64,000 nucleotides of DNA, taken from contig CAWUTT010000004.1 of the NCBI GenBank assembly GCA_963925635.1, positions 6,133-70,132 on the forward strand. Reading direction: 5' to 3'. This DNA comes from an uncultured Pseudomonadales bacterium. Its GTDB lineage: Bacteria > Pseudomonadota > Gammaproteobacteria > Pseudomonadales > Balneatricaceae. Shown here piece after piece: positions 22,179 to 32,586 of this stretch; positions within the stretch are counted from its first letter, which is position 1; each line of letters begins with the position of its first letter. Below the pieces are notes generated by a model. The model was given only the letters and a program-made list of their open reading frames with translations, did not search any database and had not been told where the DNA came from. The translations under genes were made by a program, and so were the position numbers.

Positions 22179-23216
22179 ATGGCTAAACGCAAACTCACCC
22201 GCCACCAGCAGTGGCAAATTGATAAAGTTCAAGAAGAGCGTCGTGCGCGCGCTAACAAGCAAGATGGGGTCATCGAACAGGCTATTGAACATGGTGATTT
22301 ATCTGCCGAACAGCAGGGGTTAATTATTGCCCACTATGGTTCTTTAATTGATGTTGAAGCCTTACACGGTCAACACCAAGGCCAAGTATTTCGCTGCAAA
22401 ATCCGCTCTAATTTGGGTTTCTTGGTCACTGGTGACCAAGTGTCTTGGCGTCAAGCAGCGGATCAAAGTGGTGTTATTGTGGCCCGTGATGAGCGTAATA
22501 GCATTTTAAACCGCCCCAACAAGTATGGCGACCTTAAACCCGTGGCGGCCAACATCGATCAAATCATAGTCACCTTTGCACCTAAGCCATACGCCCATGC
22601 TAATTTAATAGACCGCTATCTAGTGGCGGCTGAAGCCAGCGATATTGAGCCCATACTGCTCCTCAACAAGACCGACTTACTAGACGCAGAGGCCCAAGAG
22701 CACCTTGAACCTATGTTATCTCGCTACCAAGCCTTGGGTTACCGCATTATTCGCGCCTCTACCCAAACTTTAACTGGCCTTGAAGCACTTTATACTGAGT
22801 TAAATAATAAAGTCAGTGTGTTTGTGGGCCAGTCTGGGGTTGGCAAATCGAGCCTTGTGAATGTTCTGCTGCCGGGGGTAGACATCAAAACCAGTGCCTT
22901 GTCTGAGCAAACTAATAAAGGGGTTCATACCACGACCACGGCTAAACTATTTCACATCCCCAATGGTGGCCAATTAATTGACTCGCCAGGCATACGGGAA
23001 TTTGGTCTTTGGCATATGGCCACGGCCACACTACTAGAGGGCCTTGTGGAATTTAGGCCCTATTTGGGTTACTGCAAATTTAGCGATTGTAGCCACGAAC
23101 ATGAGCCCGCCTGCGCTTTGTTAAAGGCTCTAGAAGAAGGCCATATCGACCCTATTCGTATGGCCAGTTTCCAACATATTAAAGCGTCTTTAAACGACTT
23201 CACCACACACAACTAA
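22179..23216 (+). CDS. rsgA: Small-subunit biogenesis GTPase
   Basis: Circularly permuted NKTD, GQSGVGKSS, HTTT, DSPG; Zn finger CKFSDCSHEHEPAC. Confidence 0.96.
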   Translation: MAKRKLTRHQQWQIDKVQEERRARANKQDGVIEQAIEHGDLSAEQQGLIIAHYGSLIDVEALHGQHQGQVFRCKIRSNLGFLVTGDQVSWRQAADQSGVIVARDERNSILNRPNKYGDLKPVAANIDQIIVTFAPKPYAHANLIDRYLVAAEASDIEPILLLNKTDLLDAEAQEHLEPMLSRYQALGYRIIRASTQTLTGLEALYTELNNKVSVFVGQSGVGKSSLVNVLLPGVDIKTSALSEQTNKGVHTTTTAKLFHIPNGGQLIDSPGIREFGLWHMATATLLEGLVEFRPYLGYCKFSDCSHEHEPACALLKALEEGHIDPIRMASFQHIKASLNDFTTHN

Positions 23217-23225
23217 GGATTTATC

Positions 23226-24077
23226 ATGGGCGATCGTCTATTTGTATTCGCGCAATATTTATTACCACATCACTTGATATCGCGCTTAGTGGGCCTGTTA
23301 GCTAGTAGCTCTATGCCAGTGATTAAGGACCCTCTTATTCGCACTTTTATCAAATACTTCAAGGTCAATATGGATGAAGCTGAGCGTCAGCACCCCAGTG
23401 AATTTGACAGTTTTAATGACTTTTTTACGCGCAGCCTAAAAGCTGATGCACGCCCTCTGGATAACAATCCAAAGCACCTCGCTTGCCCAGTCGATGGCGC
23501 GATTAGCCAATTGGGTAAAATCAGTGGCGAAAAGCTATTTCAAGCCAAGGGCCATGAGTTTAATCTCACTAGCTTGTTAGGGGGTAATAGTGAACTAGCT
23601 AAGCCTTTTATCGATGGTCAATTTGCAACAATTTATTTAGCCCCTAAAGACTATCATCGTATTCACATGCCTTGTGACGGCACCTTAACTCACATGGTAC
23701 ATGTGCCCGGTCAATTATTTTCGGTCAACCAAGCCACAGCCGCGCAAGTGCCCGGTTTATTCGCTCGCAACGAAAGGGTAGTGGCTATTTTTGACACCCA
23801 GTTTGGGCCTATGGCGATGGTGCTAGTAGGCGCTATGATTGTGGCTAGTGTAGAAACGGTGTGGGCCGGTTTAGTGTGCCCTAAAGGTCAGGCTGTAAGC
23901 CAGTTCAACTACGCCAACCAAGAGCCTATTGTATTAAAGAGAGGCGCTGAAATGGGGCGTTTTAAATTAGGCTCTACGGTGGTTATGTGTCTGCCTAAAG
24001 GTGTCAGTCAATGGCCCACTGAACTGAGCGCTGGCACGACTACGCGCCTAGGACAAATGTTTGCCGAACTGAATTAG
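23226..24077 (+). CDS. psd: Phosphatidylserine decarboxylase proenzyme
   Basis: FNDFFTR, YLAPKDYHR, LFARNER, LGST self-cleavage motif. Confidence 0.95.
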   Translation: MGDRLFVFAQYLLPHHLISRLVGLLASSSMPVIKDPLIRTFIKYFKVNMDEAERQHPSEFDSFNDFFTRSLKADARPLDNNPKHLACPVDGAISQLGKISGEKLFQAKGHEFNLTSLLGGNSELAKPFIDGQFATIYLAPKDYHRIHMPCDGTLTHMVHVPGQLFSVNQATAAQVPGLFARNERVVAIFDTQFGPMAMVLVGAMIVASVETVWAGLVCPKGQAVSQFNYANQEPIVLKRGAEMGRFKLGSTVVMCLPKGVSQWPTELSAGTTTRLGQMFAELN

Positions 24078-24089
24078 GTCTCGATTAAC

Positions 24090-25070
24090 CTAGGCTAGGG
24101 GGTGGTTAAAAGCCATCACCTTAGCAATGTCTGTTTCACCAGAGGTCAACATTAATAGCCTCTCTATACCTAAAGCCACGCCAGCACACTCTGGCAAACC
24201 GGCTTGCAAGGCCTGCAATAACCGAACATCAGCAGCCATTGGGGTTTTACCCATGGTCAATCTGGTGGCATTGTCTAACGCAAAACGGCGCTCTTGTTCG
24301 TGGGCATCTCTAAGTTCGTGGTAGCCATTAGCCAACTCTATTCCGTTAACATACACTTCAAAACGACGCGCCACTTGATGGCCAAGCTCATCTGTGTGAA
24401 GACGCGCCAAAGCTGCCTGACTGGCAGGGTAATCAAAAATAAAACAGGCCGTTGGTAGTTTGGGCTCAATACAATGACTCATTAACAAATCTAACCAGGT
24501 ATCTCGCGGGGCACAAGCGTCCATTTGAATATCAACGTGGGCCAAGGCCTTGGCTTTAATGTCTGCATCGCTAGCAGTGAGCGGGTTGATGCTAAGGATG
24601 GTTTCAAAAGCCTGCCGGTAACTCCAAAAGTGCCACTCTAGCACTGCACCTTTTAATACCGTATCTATTAGCTCTGCGACTTCCTGCATCAACTGCTGTA
24701 GATCAAAATCGAGGCGATACCATTCTAACAAGGTGAATTCTGTATTGTGTCGGCGACCCACCTCACCATTGCGAAATGCTTTAGCAATTTGATAGATATT
24801 ACCACTACCTGCTGCTAACAGACGCTTCATTGCATATTCGGGAGACGACATGAGATACATGGGCTGTCTCATACGCTGATCTGACAGATCACCATGGGCA
24901 GCAAAGGCTACGGCTATAGAATCGATATGAGGGTCGGAAACCCCATAGTGCGACATGACTGGGGTATCGACTTCAAGTAAGTCACGAGCTGCAAAAAATG
25001 CCCGTATTTGACTGATGACCTTGGCCCGGTGTTGCAGTTGCTCAATGTCAGCACTGGGTTGCCATGGCAT
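24090..25070 (-). CDS. epmA: EF-P lysine-34 beta-lysyl ligase
   Basis: SPEYAMKRLL, FRNGE, ELANGYHEL, GVALGIERL; adjacent to efp. Confidence 0.95.
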   Translation of the reverse strand: MPWQPSADIEQLQHRAKVISQIRAFFAARDLLEVDTPVMSHYGVSDPHIDSIAVAFAAHGDLSDQRMRQPMYLMSSPEYAMKRLLAAGSGNIYQIAKAFRNGEVGRRHNTEFTLLEWYRLDFDLQQLMQEVAELIDTVLKGAVLEWHFWSYRQAFETILSINPLTASDADIKAKALAHVDIQMDACAPRDTWLDLLMSHCIEPKLPTACFIFDYPASQAALARLHTDELGHQVARRFEVYVNGIELANGYHELRDAHEQERRFALDNATRLTMGKTPMAADVRLLQALQAGLPECAGVALGIERLLMLTSGETDIAKVMAFNHPLA

Positions 25071-25088
25071 CAGTGTTAGGTCCTAGGC

Positions 25089-25655
25089 CTAAGCACGGCT
25101 AACGTAGTCGCCAGTGCGGGTGTCGATCTTGAGCATCTCACCTTGCTCAATAAACAAAGGCACACGCACAGTGGCTCCCGTTGCTAAAGTTGCAGGCTTA
25201 CTGCCCCCTTGGGCGGTATCCCCTTTTAGGCCTGGGTCCGTTTCTGTGACTTCTAACTCAACAAAGTTCGGTGCAGCAACCGCTAGTGGCGCGTCATTCC
25301 ATAAGGTGACCAGATATATTTCTTGTTCCTTAAGCCACTTGATACAGTCGCCTAGGGCATGCACGTCTGCACCATATTGCTCAAAAGTACCGTCGGCCAT
25401 CATAAAATGCCAAAACTCACCATCGGTGTAAAGGTATTCCATGTTACGATCCATCACGTCAGCCATCTCTATAGACTCACCCGATTTAAAGGTTCGATCC
25501 CAGACCCGACCTGATTTCAGGTTTTTCATACGTACGCGGGTAAAGGCTTGGCCTTTGCCTGGTTTAACAAACTCCACATCAACCATGGCACATGGGTCGC
25601 CTTCGAGCATTACTTTAAGACCAGGTTTAAATTCGTTACTGCTATAATTAGCCAT
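25089..25655 (-). CDS. efp: Elongation factor P
   Basis: VKPGKGQAF (Lys34 type), PGLKGDT, VPLFI. Confidence 0.97.
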   Translation of the reverse strand: MANYSSNEFKPGLKVMLEGDPCAMVDVEFVKPGKGQAFTRVRMKNLKSGRVWDRTFKSGESIEMADVMDRNMEYLYTDGEFWHFMMADGTFEQYGADVHALGDCIKWLKEQEIYLVTLWNDAPLAVAAPNFVELEVTETDPGLKGDTAQGGSKPATLATGATVRVPLFIEQGEMLKIDTRTGDYVSRA

Positions 25656-25688
25656 CTTTTCGCTCTAATGAAATAAACATCGGGGAAT

Positions 25689-26741
25689 ATGCCACATATG
25701 ATACCGCAAAGCGCTGCGCAAGTTGAGCCTTTAAACTTGATTAAACACACAAGCCTAGCAGAAGATTGGCGCACACAGCTGCGTGACGCTTACCGGACGC
25801 CTCAACAACTGCTCAGCGCCCTAGGCTTTAGCCAGACACAACAGGCCGATCTGTTGGCTCATGACCAAGGTTTTTCTACCCTTGTGCCCCAGGCCTTTGC
25901 CCAAAAAATGCGTCCACAAGACCCGACAGACCCATTATTATTACAAGTATTACCTCAGGCTCAAGACGCTCTAGAGCATCCCGACTTTAATGATGATCCA
26001 TTACAAGAGGCTCAATTTAACCCTACACCTGGCGTGGTTCACAAATACCAAGGGCGCGCTTTGTTGATTGCAGCAGGCCACTGCGCTATTAACTGCCGTT
26101 ATTGCTTTCGACGTCATTATCCTTATGGCGATCAAAAACGTGCTCGCAATGAGTGGCAACAAAGCCTTAGTTATATTCAAAAAAGTGTGGATATAGAAGA
26201 AATCATCCTCAGCGGGGGCGACCCTCTGGCCTTAACTGATACCCATTTATTTGAGTTAATCAGCGCTATTGAAGCCATTCCCCATGTTAAGCGTTTACGT
26301 ATTCACAGCCGTTTGCCCATCGTCTTACCCCAACGCATCACCTTAGCACTGTGCCAAAGGCTAGCCGCTTCCCGCTTGACCTGCGTTATGGTGGTGCATG
26401 CTAACCATGCCAACGAGCTCGCTGCAGATGTCGCTCAAGCCTGCCAACTATTGCGCCAACACAAGGTGCAATTACTTAACCAAAGTGTACTGTTGGCCCA
26501 AGTGAACGACAACCTAACCAGTTTAAAGCAATTAAGCGAGCGCCTCGTTGAGATAGGGATTATGCCTTATTACCTACACTTGCCAGATCACGTGGCGGGC
26601 ACGACTCACTTCTTTGTGAGTTTGGAGCGCGGGCAATCTATAGTTGCACAGATGCAGGACTGCATGTCTGGCTATCTGGTGCCTAAACTCGTGCGCGAAG
26701 AGCCTGGAAAAAATAGTAAAACCTTATATTCGCAAGCTTAA
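25689..26741 (+). CDS. epmB: EF-P beta-lysylation lysine 2,3-aminomutase
   Basis: HKY, CAINCRYCFRR radical-SAM motif, SGGDPL; divergent from efp. Confidence 0.95.
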   Translation: MPHMIPQSAAQVEPLNLIKHTSLAEDWRTQLRDAYRTPQQLLSALGFSQTQQADLLAHDQGFSTLVPQAFAQKMRPQDPTDPLLLQVLPQAQDALEHPDFNDDPLQEAQFNPTPGVVHKYQGRALLIAAGHCAINCRYCFRRHYPYGDQKRARNEWQQSLSYIQKSVDIEEIILSGGDPLALTDTHLFELISAIEAIPHVKRLRIHSRLPIVLPQRITLALCQRLAASRLTCVMVVHANHANELAADVAQACQLLRQHKVQLLNQSVLLAQVNDNLTSLKQLSERLVEIGIMPYYLHLPDHVAGTTHFFVSLERGQSIVAQMQDCMSGYLVPKLVREEPGKNSKTLYSQA

Positions 26742-27673
26742 ACCAAGTGCAGTAAAACCTCTAAATTGACGTGGTTAATTTGATGGGGCGCCTGCTGCCT
26801 AACCAATGGCTTACCGTGGAAAGCCACCCCTAAACCGGCTTCATTAAGCATGGGTAAATCGTTAGCCCCGTCGCCTACAGCAAGGCACTGGTTTAATGAT
26901 AAACCAAGGGTGTGGCGTATCTGATGCATCAACTCCACTTTGCGATTGGCGTCTAATATTGACCCTGCCACCTGCCCAGTGAGCTGACCATCGATTGCTT
27001 CTAAGGGATTGGAAAAGGCGGCTTGCATGCCCAGCCTTAGGGCCAATCGATCAGCAAAGTAACTAAAGCCACCAGATAAAATTACGCAGTAGATGCCCTG
27101 TTCTTGTAAGCCTTTCATAAGCTGTTCTGCACCCGGCATTAATTTAAGGGTCTGATTAATGGCTGCCAGTTGGTCAGTACCAAAGCCTTTTAATAAAGCC
27201 AGCCGCTGACGAAAACTTTGCTCAAAATCTAGCTCACCAGCCATTGAACTGGCAGTAATGAGGGCCACTTGTGGGCCAATACCCATGCTATAAGCCAATT
27301 CATCCATCACTTCGGCCTGGATCAAGGTGGAGTCCATATCAAATACGGCTAACTTGATTGTGGGAATGGGTTGTTGCGATGACTGCAACACATAATCCCC
27401 AGAGTGCTGTTGAGACCATGTTTGCAGTGCCACTTTAAGGGCTAAGGTGGGGTCAGTCGCAGGCGCTCCAGCGCCTTTACTACCATCTTCACTACCATTT
27501 TCACTACCATTTTCATCACTAAGGCTACGCCATTGCCACTGATGTACGGCGTAGTTAGCGTTAGCACTGTGTGGACGCTCATAAGATGGCACGTAGCGTG
27601 CCCCAAAAATTTCATCGATAGCCGCAACAATGGGTTCATTGCTGGCATCAAATAGGGTGAGACGATGAAACAT
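26738..27673 (-). CDS. serB: Phosphoserine phosphatase
   Basis: HAD motifs FDMDSTL, LSGGF, GDGAND. Confidence 0.92.
   Translation of the reverse strand: MFHRLTLFDASNEPIVAAIDEIFGARYVPSYERPHSANANYAVHQWQWRSLSDENGSENGSEDGSKGAGAPATDPTLALKVALQTWSQQHSGDYVLQSSQQPIPTIKLAVFDMDSTLIQAEVMDELAYSMGIGPQVALITASSMAGELDFEQSFRQRLALLKGFGTDQLAAINQTLKLMPGAEQLMKGLQEQGIYCVILSGGFSYFADRLALRLGMQAAFSNPLEAIDGQLTGQVAGSILDANRKVELMHQIRHTLGLSLNQCLAVGDGANDLPMLNEAGLGVAFHGKPLVRQQAPHQINHVNLEVLLHLV
27479..27514. repeat. 3x12-bp coding tandem repeat in serB (ENGS-ENGS-EDGS)
   Basis: actaccatcttc/actaccattttc/actaccattttc. Confidence 0.88.
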
Positions 27674-27767
27674 AGGTACAACTCCTTAGCTGGGCTTAGC
27701 ATTTTATCATTAGTGGGTTAGAATGGGGCTGATTTTACCTCTTCGACACTGTGCTGATTAACACCTA

Positions 27768-29396
27768 ATGCCCAATAAAATTCTTTCTTTTAGACATTTA
27801 ATGCAATCTCGCCTCACCTTAGTGCAAAAAACGGTGCTGTTGCTCATCGCCACTTTTTTGCTTGCTAGCGTATCTTTGGGGTTAATGACATACCAACATC
27901 TTAGCCAAGTGACGAGCCAACAGAACGCCTTTATCGGCCAAAAAATGGGCCAACAACTGGCGAGCTTAAGTGCTCCTTTGTTAGTCAAACAAGACTATAT
28001 TAGTCTCAATGTCACCTTGGCAAAGCTCAGGCAACAAGGAGCCATTGTTGGAGCAGCAGTGTATGACGCAGACGGTCAAATGCTCGCAAAGACTGGTTTT
28101 TTGAACGATGCCAACTATCTAATTCTGCCTATAAAGCTAGATGAGCAAAATATTGGCAGCCTGCACTTACGCCATACCGATATAGATTTGCACCCCAGCC
28201 TCACTCAGTTAGTGCTCTTGTTATGGCCTACTGCAGGCCTTGGCCTACTGGCTTGCATTGTTTTTGGCTGGTGGTTCGGTGCCCGATTAGTCCAACCGTT
28301 GCACCAATTACACGAAGCCCAAGAGCAGCTATTGGAATATGGTAAAGCACAGCCCCTAGATGATGCTCGCCTGGATGAGTGGGGCATTATTAATTTGGGT
28401 TTCAACTCGATTAACGAAGAACGCTTACTGCATACTCAAACAGAACATCAATACGAATTGGAGATGCCTGCTGGTAAAGGTGTAGTTGCCGCAACTGAAT
28501 ATGACCAGCAAGACCACCAGCCAGAACTGGAGGCGCCTAACCAACAAGAACCGTTTAATCATGAACTGCACAATTTGGCTCGTGAATTATCCTCAGGACC
28601 GCTATTAGGTGACCTAGGCGATCCTTTATTTGCCCCCAAACTGACCGCATTAAGTGCGACCGATGAACACCATTTACCCATCTTCACTATGGATGACTTA
28701 CGTAATAGCGATAACTCCACACCCTTGCGACCTACGCCCATTCCTGAGGATACTGCAGACTCATTAACCCAGCCAACGCCCCCTCTTGAACCTGAGACCA
28801 CTAGCGCCCCCCCAACAGCGACTCGCGCCCCTTTGCACGATGACCCATTGGTAAGCTTGTTCTATATCAACGTCAATACTCGGGACCAAGGGCCCATGGA
28901 AGCCGCTGAAAAACACCTGCTACTTAAATCCTACCAACGGCTAGTGGATCAAGTGTGTGCAATTTATGGGGGAACCATTGAAACAGAAGACAACCACGAT
29001 GTGTTGGTCACCTTTGACAAGCCCCATGAGCACATGACCCATTGTGTCAACGCCCTTTGCGCTGCGCAGTTTTTCTTCGGTCTTTATAAGGCTTTTAATA
29101 CCGAGCGGGCGGCCAGTGGTAAGACCAGCTTAAATATTCAAATTGTGGTTCACACGGGCAATTTAGAAGACTTAAGCAAACTCACTGAAGCAGCAGCAGA
29201 GTTGTCTCGTCGTGAACGGCAAGACCATATGGTCATCAGCCGCCAGGTCGCCTACCACCCAGAATTACAACAACGGGTATTGCAAGCTAACAACTGCACG
29301 CCATTAGCCAGTGGGGCGGTGAGCTTGGCCCGTTTAAGCAGCGATTACCAAGATTTATTAGACATGCAAATCAGCCACTTTAGCCCAGCACCTTAA
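27768..29396 (+). CDS. AhpA/YtjB(Smp)-like membrane protein with HAMP and degenerate nucleotidyl-cyclase-like C-terminal domain
   Basis: TM-periplasmic-TM; HAMP-like PLHQL...RLDEWG; Pro/Thr linker; C-terminal VCAIYGG...VTF...ALCAAQ...VVHTG; divergent from serB. Confidence 0.65.
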   Translation: MPNKILSFRHLMQSRLTLVQKTVLLLIATFLLASVSLGLMTYQHLSQVTSQQNAFIGQKMGQQLASLSAPLLVKQDYISLNVTLAKLRQQGAIVGAAVYDADGQMLAKTGFLNDANYLILPIKLDEQNIGSLHLRHTDIDLHPSLTQLVLLLWPTAGLGLLACIVFGWWFGARLVQPLHQLHEAQEQLLEYGKAQPLDDARLDEWGIINLGFNSINEERLLHTQTEHQYELEMPAGKGVVAATEYDQQDHQPELEAPNQQEPFNHELHNLARELSSGPLLGDLGDPLFAPKLTALSATDEHHLPIFTMDDLRNSDNSTPLRPTPIPEDTADSLTQPTPPLEPETTSAPPTATRAPLHDDPLVSLFYINVNTRDQGPMEAAEKHLLLKSYQRLVDQVCAIYGGTIETEDNHDVLVTFDKPHEHMTHCVNALCAAQFFFGLYKAFNTERAASGKTSLNIQIVVHTGNLEDLSKLTEAAAELSRRERQDHMVISRQVAYHPELQQRVLQANNCTPLASGAVSLARLSSDYQDLLDMQISHFSPAP

Positions 29397-29416
29397 GCAC
29401 TGGGTAAAGAGGCGGA

Positions 29417-31711
29417 CTAGGCGGTTGGGTCGATCGGCCCGGTGTTCACCGCAACGGGTGTTTTGCCCTCAACGGCCAGACTATCGACATTTTGGAAGCC
29501 CCTCGGTAGTTTATTACCCCGACGGCCCCGCTCACCACGATAATGAACTAAATCAGACGCCTTCAAACGCAGGTAGCGTTTACCAGAATGCACTAATAGC
29601 TCACAGCTCTCGGTGACCAATGCGCACGCCACCATAAACTCTTCTCGGCTAGCCACGCGAGTGGCCGATATACTGATAATCTTATTACCCTTACCGCGTG
29701 CCAGCTGGGGTAAATCTTGTAGTGGGAAGACTAGCATTCGACCTTCATTACTCACAGCCACCAACCAGGTGTCTTCCATCTTGGCAATATGTTGAGGCGT
29801 AATAATCTTAGCGCCCTTGGGCACCGACATGGCAGCCTTGCCAGCTTTATTTTTACTGAGCAAGTCTTCAAAGGTGGCAATGAAGCCATAACCTGCGTCT
29901 GTGCTCATCAGCAATAATTGATCCACCGTGGCACTAACCGCCGTAGAAAACTGCACCCCACTAGGTGCATTAAATCGACCACTTAATGGCTCACCTTGCC
30001 CTCGGGCAGAGGGCAAGGTATGGGCCTCTAGTGAATAACTGCGGCCACCTTCATCAAGGAAGGCAACACTTTGATTACTTCTAGCTTGCACCATAAGCAA
30101 AAAGTCATCGCCTGATTTATAGCTCATGTTAGACGGGTCTATATCGTGGCCTTTGGCGCCCCGAACCCAGCCTTGTTTAGACAGCACCACAGTCACAGGC
30201 TCAGTGGTCAGCAGGTCGCGCTCTGACAGCGCTTTAGCTTCTTGACGCAACACCATAGGTGAACGGCGATCGTCACCAAAGGCTTCAGCATCGGCTATTA
30301 GTTCACGCTTTATGAGGGTTTTTAAACGCGCCTTAGAACTCAGCAACAACTCTAATTTTTGCCGCTCAGTGGCTAGCTCATCTTGCTCAGCTTGAATACG
30401 ATGCTGCTCTAGTCGCGCTAAATGGCGCAGTTTTAAATCTAAAATGGCATCAGCTTGGCGATCGGATAAGTCAAATCGCTGCATCAGTACTGGTTTGGGT
30501 TTTTCTTGTTCGCGAATAATGGCGATAATTTCGTCAATATTGAGATACGCAATTAACAAACCTTCTAATAGGTGCAACCGCTCTAGCACTTTATCTAAAC
30601 GATGCTGCAAACGGCGTGTCACCGTTTCCATGCGAAACGACAACCACTCTGTCAAAATAGTACTTAAGCCTTTAACTTGGGGTTTACCATCCACGCCAAT
30701 GAGGTTTAAGTTAACTCGATAAGAACGTTCTAGATCTGTGGTAGCAAACAAGTGGCTTAATAGCTGCTGTGTATCTACCCGATTTGAACGCGGCACAATC
30801 ACCAAACGAGTGGGCTTTTCATGATCTGATTCATCACGTAAATCTGCCACCATGGGCAACTTTTTCGCCTGCATTTGCGCCGCAATTTGCTCTAATATGC
30901 GGGCGCCAGACACCTGATAAGGCAATGCGGTAATAACGATGTCACCATCTTCATATTCCACCACCGCGCGCATACGAATACTGCCACGTCCAGTTTTGTA
31001 CATCTGCAGCAGGTCACTGCGTGGGCTGATTATCTCTGCCGTAGTGGGCATGTCAGGCCCTTGTACAAATTCAAACAATTGCTCCGTAGTGGCACCAGGA
31101 TTGTCTAGTAAATGAATACAAGCCGACACCACTTCACGCAAGTTGTGTGGTGGAATGTCGGTGGCCATACCCACTGCGATACCAGTGGCCCCGTTAAGTA
31201 GGACGTTAGGCACACGGGCTGGTAGCACTAAAGGTTCTTGTAGTGTGCCGTCGAAGTTATGACCCCAATCTACCGTACCCTGCCCTAGCTCACCCAGCAA
31301 TACATCGGCATAACTTGTGAGTTTGGCCTCTGTGTAGCGCATAGCGGCAAACGATTTTGGGTCATCTGCAGACCCCCAGTTACCTTGGCCGTCAACCAAG
31401 GTGTAACGGTAAGAAAAAGTTTGAGCCATGTGCACCATGGCCTCGTAGCAGGCACTATCACCATGGGGGTGAAACTTACCCAATACGTCGCCAATAGTAC
31501 GCGCTGATTTTTTATACTTAGCCGAGGTTTTTAAACCTAATTCAGACATTGCATAAATTATTCGCCTTTGTACTGGCTTTAGACCATCACCAATGTGAGG
31601 CAATGCCCGGTCTAAAATGACATACATGGAATAATCTAAATACGCTTTTTCTGTATATTCTTTGAGAGGTAGACGCTCGACGCCTTCATCAATGGGGATG
31701 ACACCAGACAT
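29417..31711 (-). CDS. parC: DNA topoisomerase IV subunit A
   Basis: [30 protein letters not shown] (wild-type QRDR Ser), AAMRYTE. Confidence 0.96.
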   Translation of the reverse strand: MSGVIPIDEGVERLPLKEYTEKAYLDYSMYVILDRALPHIGDGLKPVQRRIIYAMSELGLKTSAKYKKSARTIGDVLGKFHPHGDSACYEAMVHMAQTFSYRYTLVDGQGNWGSADDPKSFAAMRYTEAKLTSYADVLLGELGQGTVDWGHNFDGTLQEPLVLPARVPNVLLNGATGIAVGMATDIPPHNLREVVSACIHLLDNPGATTEQLFEFVQGPDMPTTAEIISPRSDLLQMYKTGRGSIRMRAVVEYEDGDIVITALPYQVSGARILEQIAAQMQAKKLPMVADLRDESDHEKPTRLVIVPRSNRVDTQQLLSHLFATTDLERSYRVNLNLIGVDGKPQVKGLSTILTEWLSFRMETVTRRLQHRLDKVLERLHLLEGLLIAYLNIDEIIAIIREQEKPKPVLMQRFDLSDRQADAILDLKLRHLARLEQHRIQAEQDELATERQKLELLLSSKARLKTLIKRELIADAEAFGDDRRSPMVLRQEAKALSERDLLTTEPVTVVLSKQGWVRGAKGHDIDPSNMSYKSGDDFLLMVQARSNQSVAFLDEGGRSYSLEAHTLPSARGQGEPLSGRFNAPSGVQFSTAVSATVDQLLLMSTDAGYGFIATFEDLLSKNKAGKAAMSVPKGAKIITPQHIAKMEDTWLVAVSNEGRMLVFPLQDLPQLARGKGNKIISISATRVASREEFMVACALVTESCELLVHSGKRYLRLKASDLVHYRGERGRRGNKLPRGFQNVDSLAVEGKTPVAVNTGPIDPTA

Positions 31712-32077
31712 AAGAAGGAAGATCCTTATTTAGTGCAGCTTGTGGCAACCACACTCATGGGTAAAGCTATAATTTAAGCTCGAGTATACCGCAAAAAATG
31801 CTTAGGTGAAGTTCATATAACTATTTATCGAATCAATCCGGCTTATGCACTGACTTGCTGCCATATCGCCGTGTTTTTGGTTACTATTTAACCACTAATC
31901 GGTTATAATAGTGTCACTGAAAACCACCCCCATGATGATTTGTGTCGACATTGATCGTTTTATTCACAAGCCGTCAGACCAGCAAGGCAGGGCCGCCAGA
32001 GCCTACCTTACAATAATTTGTTGAGTCATTGATTTTCATAGGAAAATTTTAACTTTTAATCTCTAAGGAGAAAAATT

Positions 32078-32461
32078 ATGTCTCAACACACCACGCTTAT
32101 GGAAATGGGCATCACCAGCTTTGAATCTATTAGCAAATACACCCTGCGCCAGGAAGGCGACTTTGATATCCTCAAAATTTACTACAAGCGCGAAAAAGGC
32201 TCGTTTTTGCCCCGCAGTAAGAAATTTCGCTTTGGTCGTGCTACCCGCACGGTAATGGTCGACTCTGGGCGCCAGCAATGGCAAGAAGTGAGTGAAATCT
32301 CTCCCTTCCTACTGCGGGCGCTGACTGAGCTCAATAAGCTCGCCCATGAAGAGAAGAAAGTAGTGGATAGTAAAGAAGCCATTACTGAGAATCTCATCCA
32401 CCTAGAACGCATAATGACTGAAAAGTTAGCGGAGATTCGGGCCCAGCTCGACCGCTTATAA
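32078..32461 (+). CDS. DUF3461 (YaeH-like) protein
   Basis: YTLRQEGDFDILKIYYKREKGSFLPRSKKFRF; strong AAGGAG RBS. Confidence 0.8.
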   Translation: MSQHTTLMEMGITSFESISKYTLRQEGDFDILKIYYKREKGSFLPRSKKFRFGRATRTVMVDSGRQQWQEVSEISPFLLRALTELNKLAHEEKKVVDSKEAITENLIHLERIMTEKLAEIRAQLDRL

Positions 32462-32475
32462 ACCTCTAGGCCAAT

Positions 32476-32515
32476 TAAAAAACCGCACTGGCGAAAGCCA
32501 GCTGCGGTTTTTTTA
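32476..32515. terminator. Bidirectional intrinsic terminator (DUF3461/hexR)
   Basis: AAAAAACCGCA-CTGGC-GAAA-GCCAG-C-TGCGGTTTTTTT. Confidence 0.85.
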
Positions 32516-32586
32516 TGCGCGTCTGCGGCGTTATACTGCTAAGCCAGTTACTCAGCTAGCAACAAACTCAACCTATAGAAAGGTCA

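Noticed and set aside
31991-32001. 11-mer GGCCGCCAGAG shared with 55766-55776
   Set aside because: A single 11-bp match in 64 kb is expected by chance, and the flanks differ.
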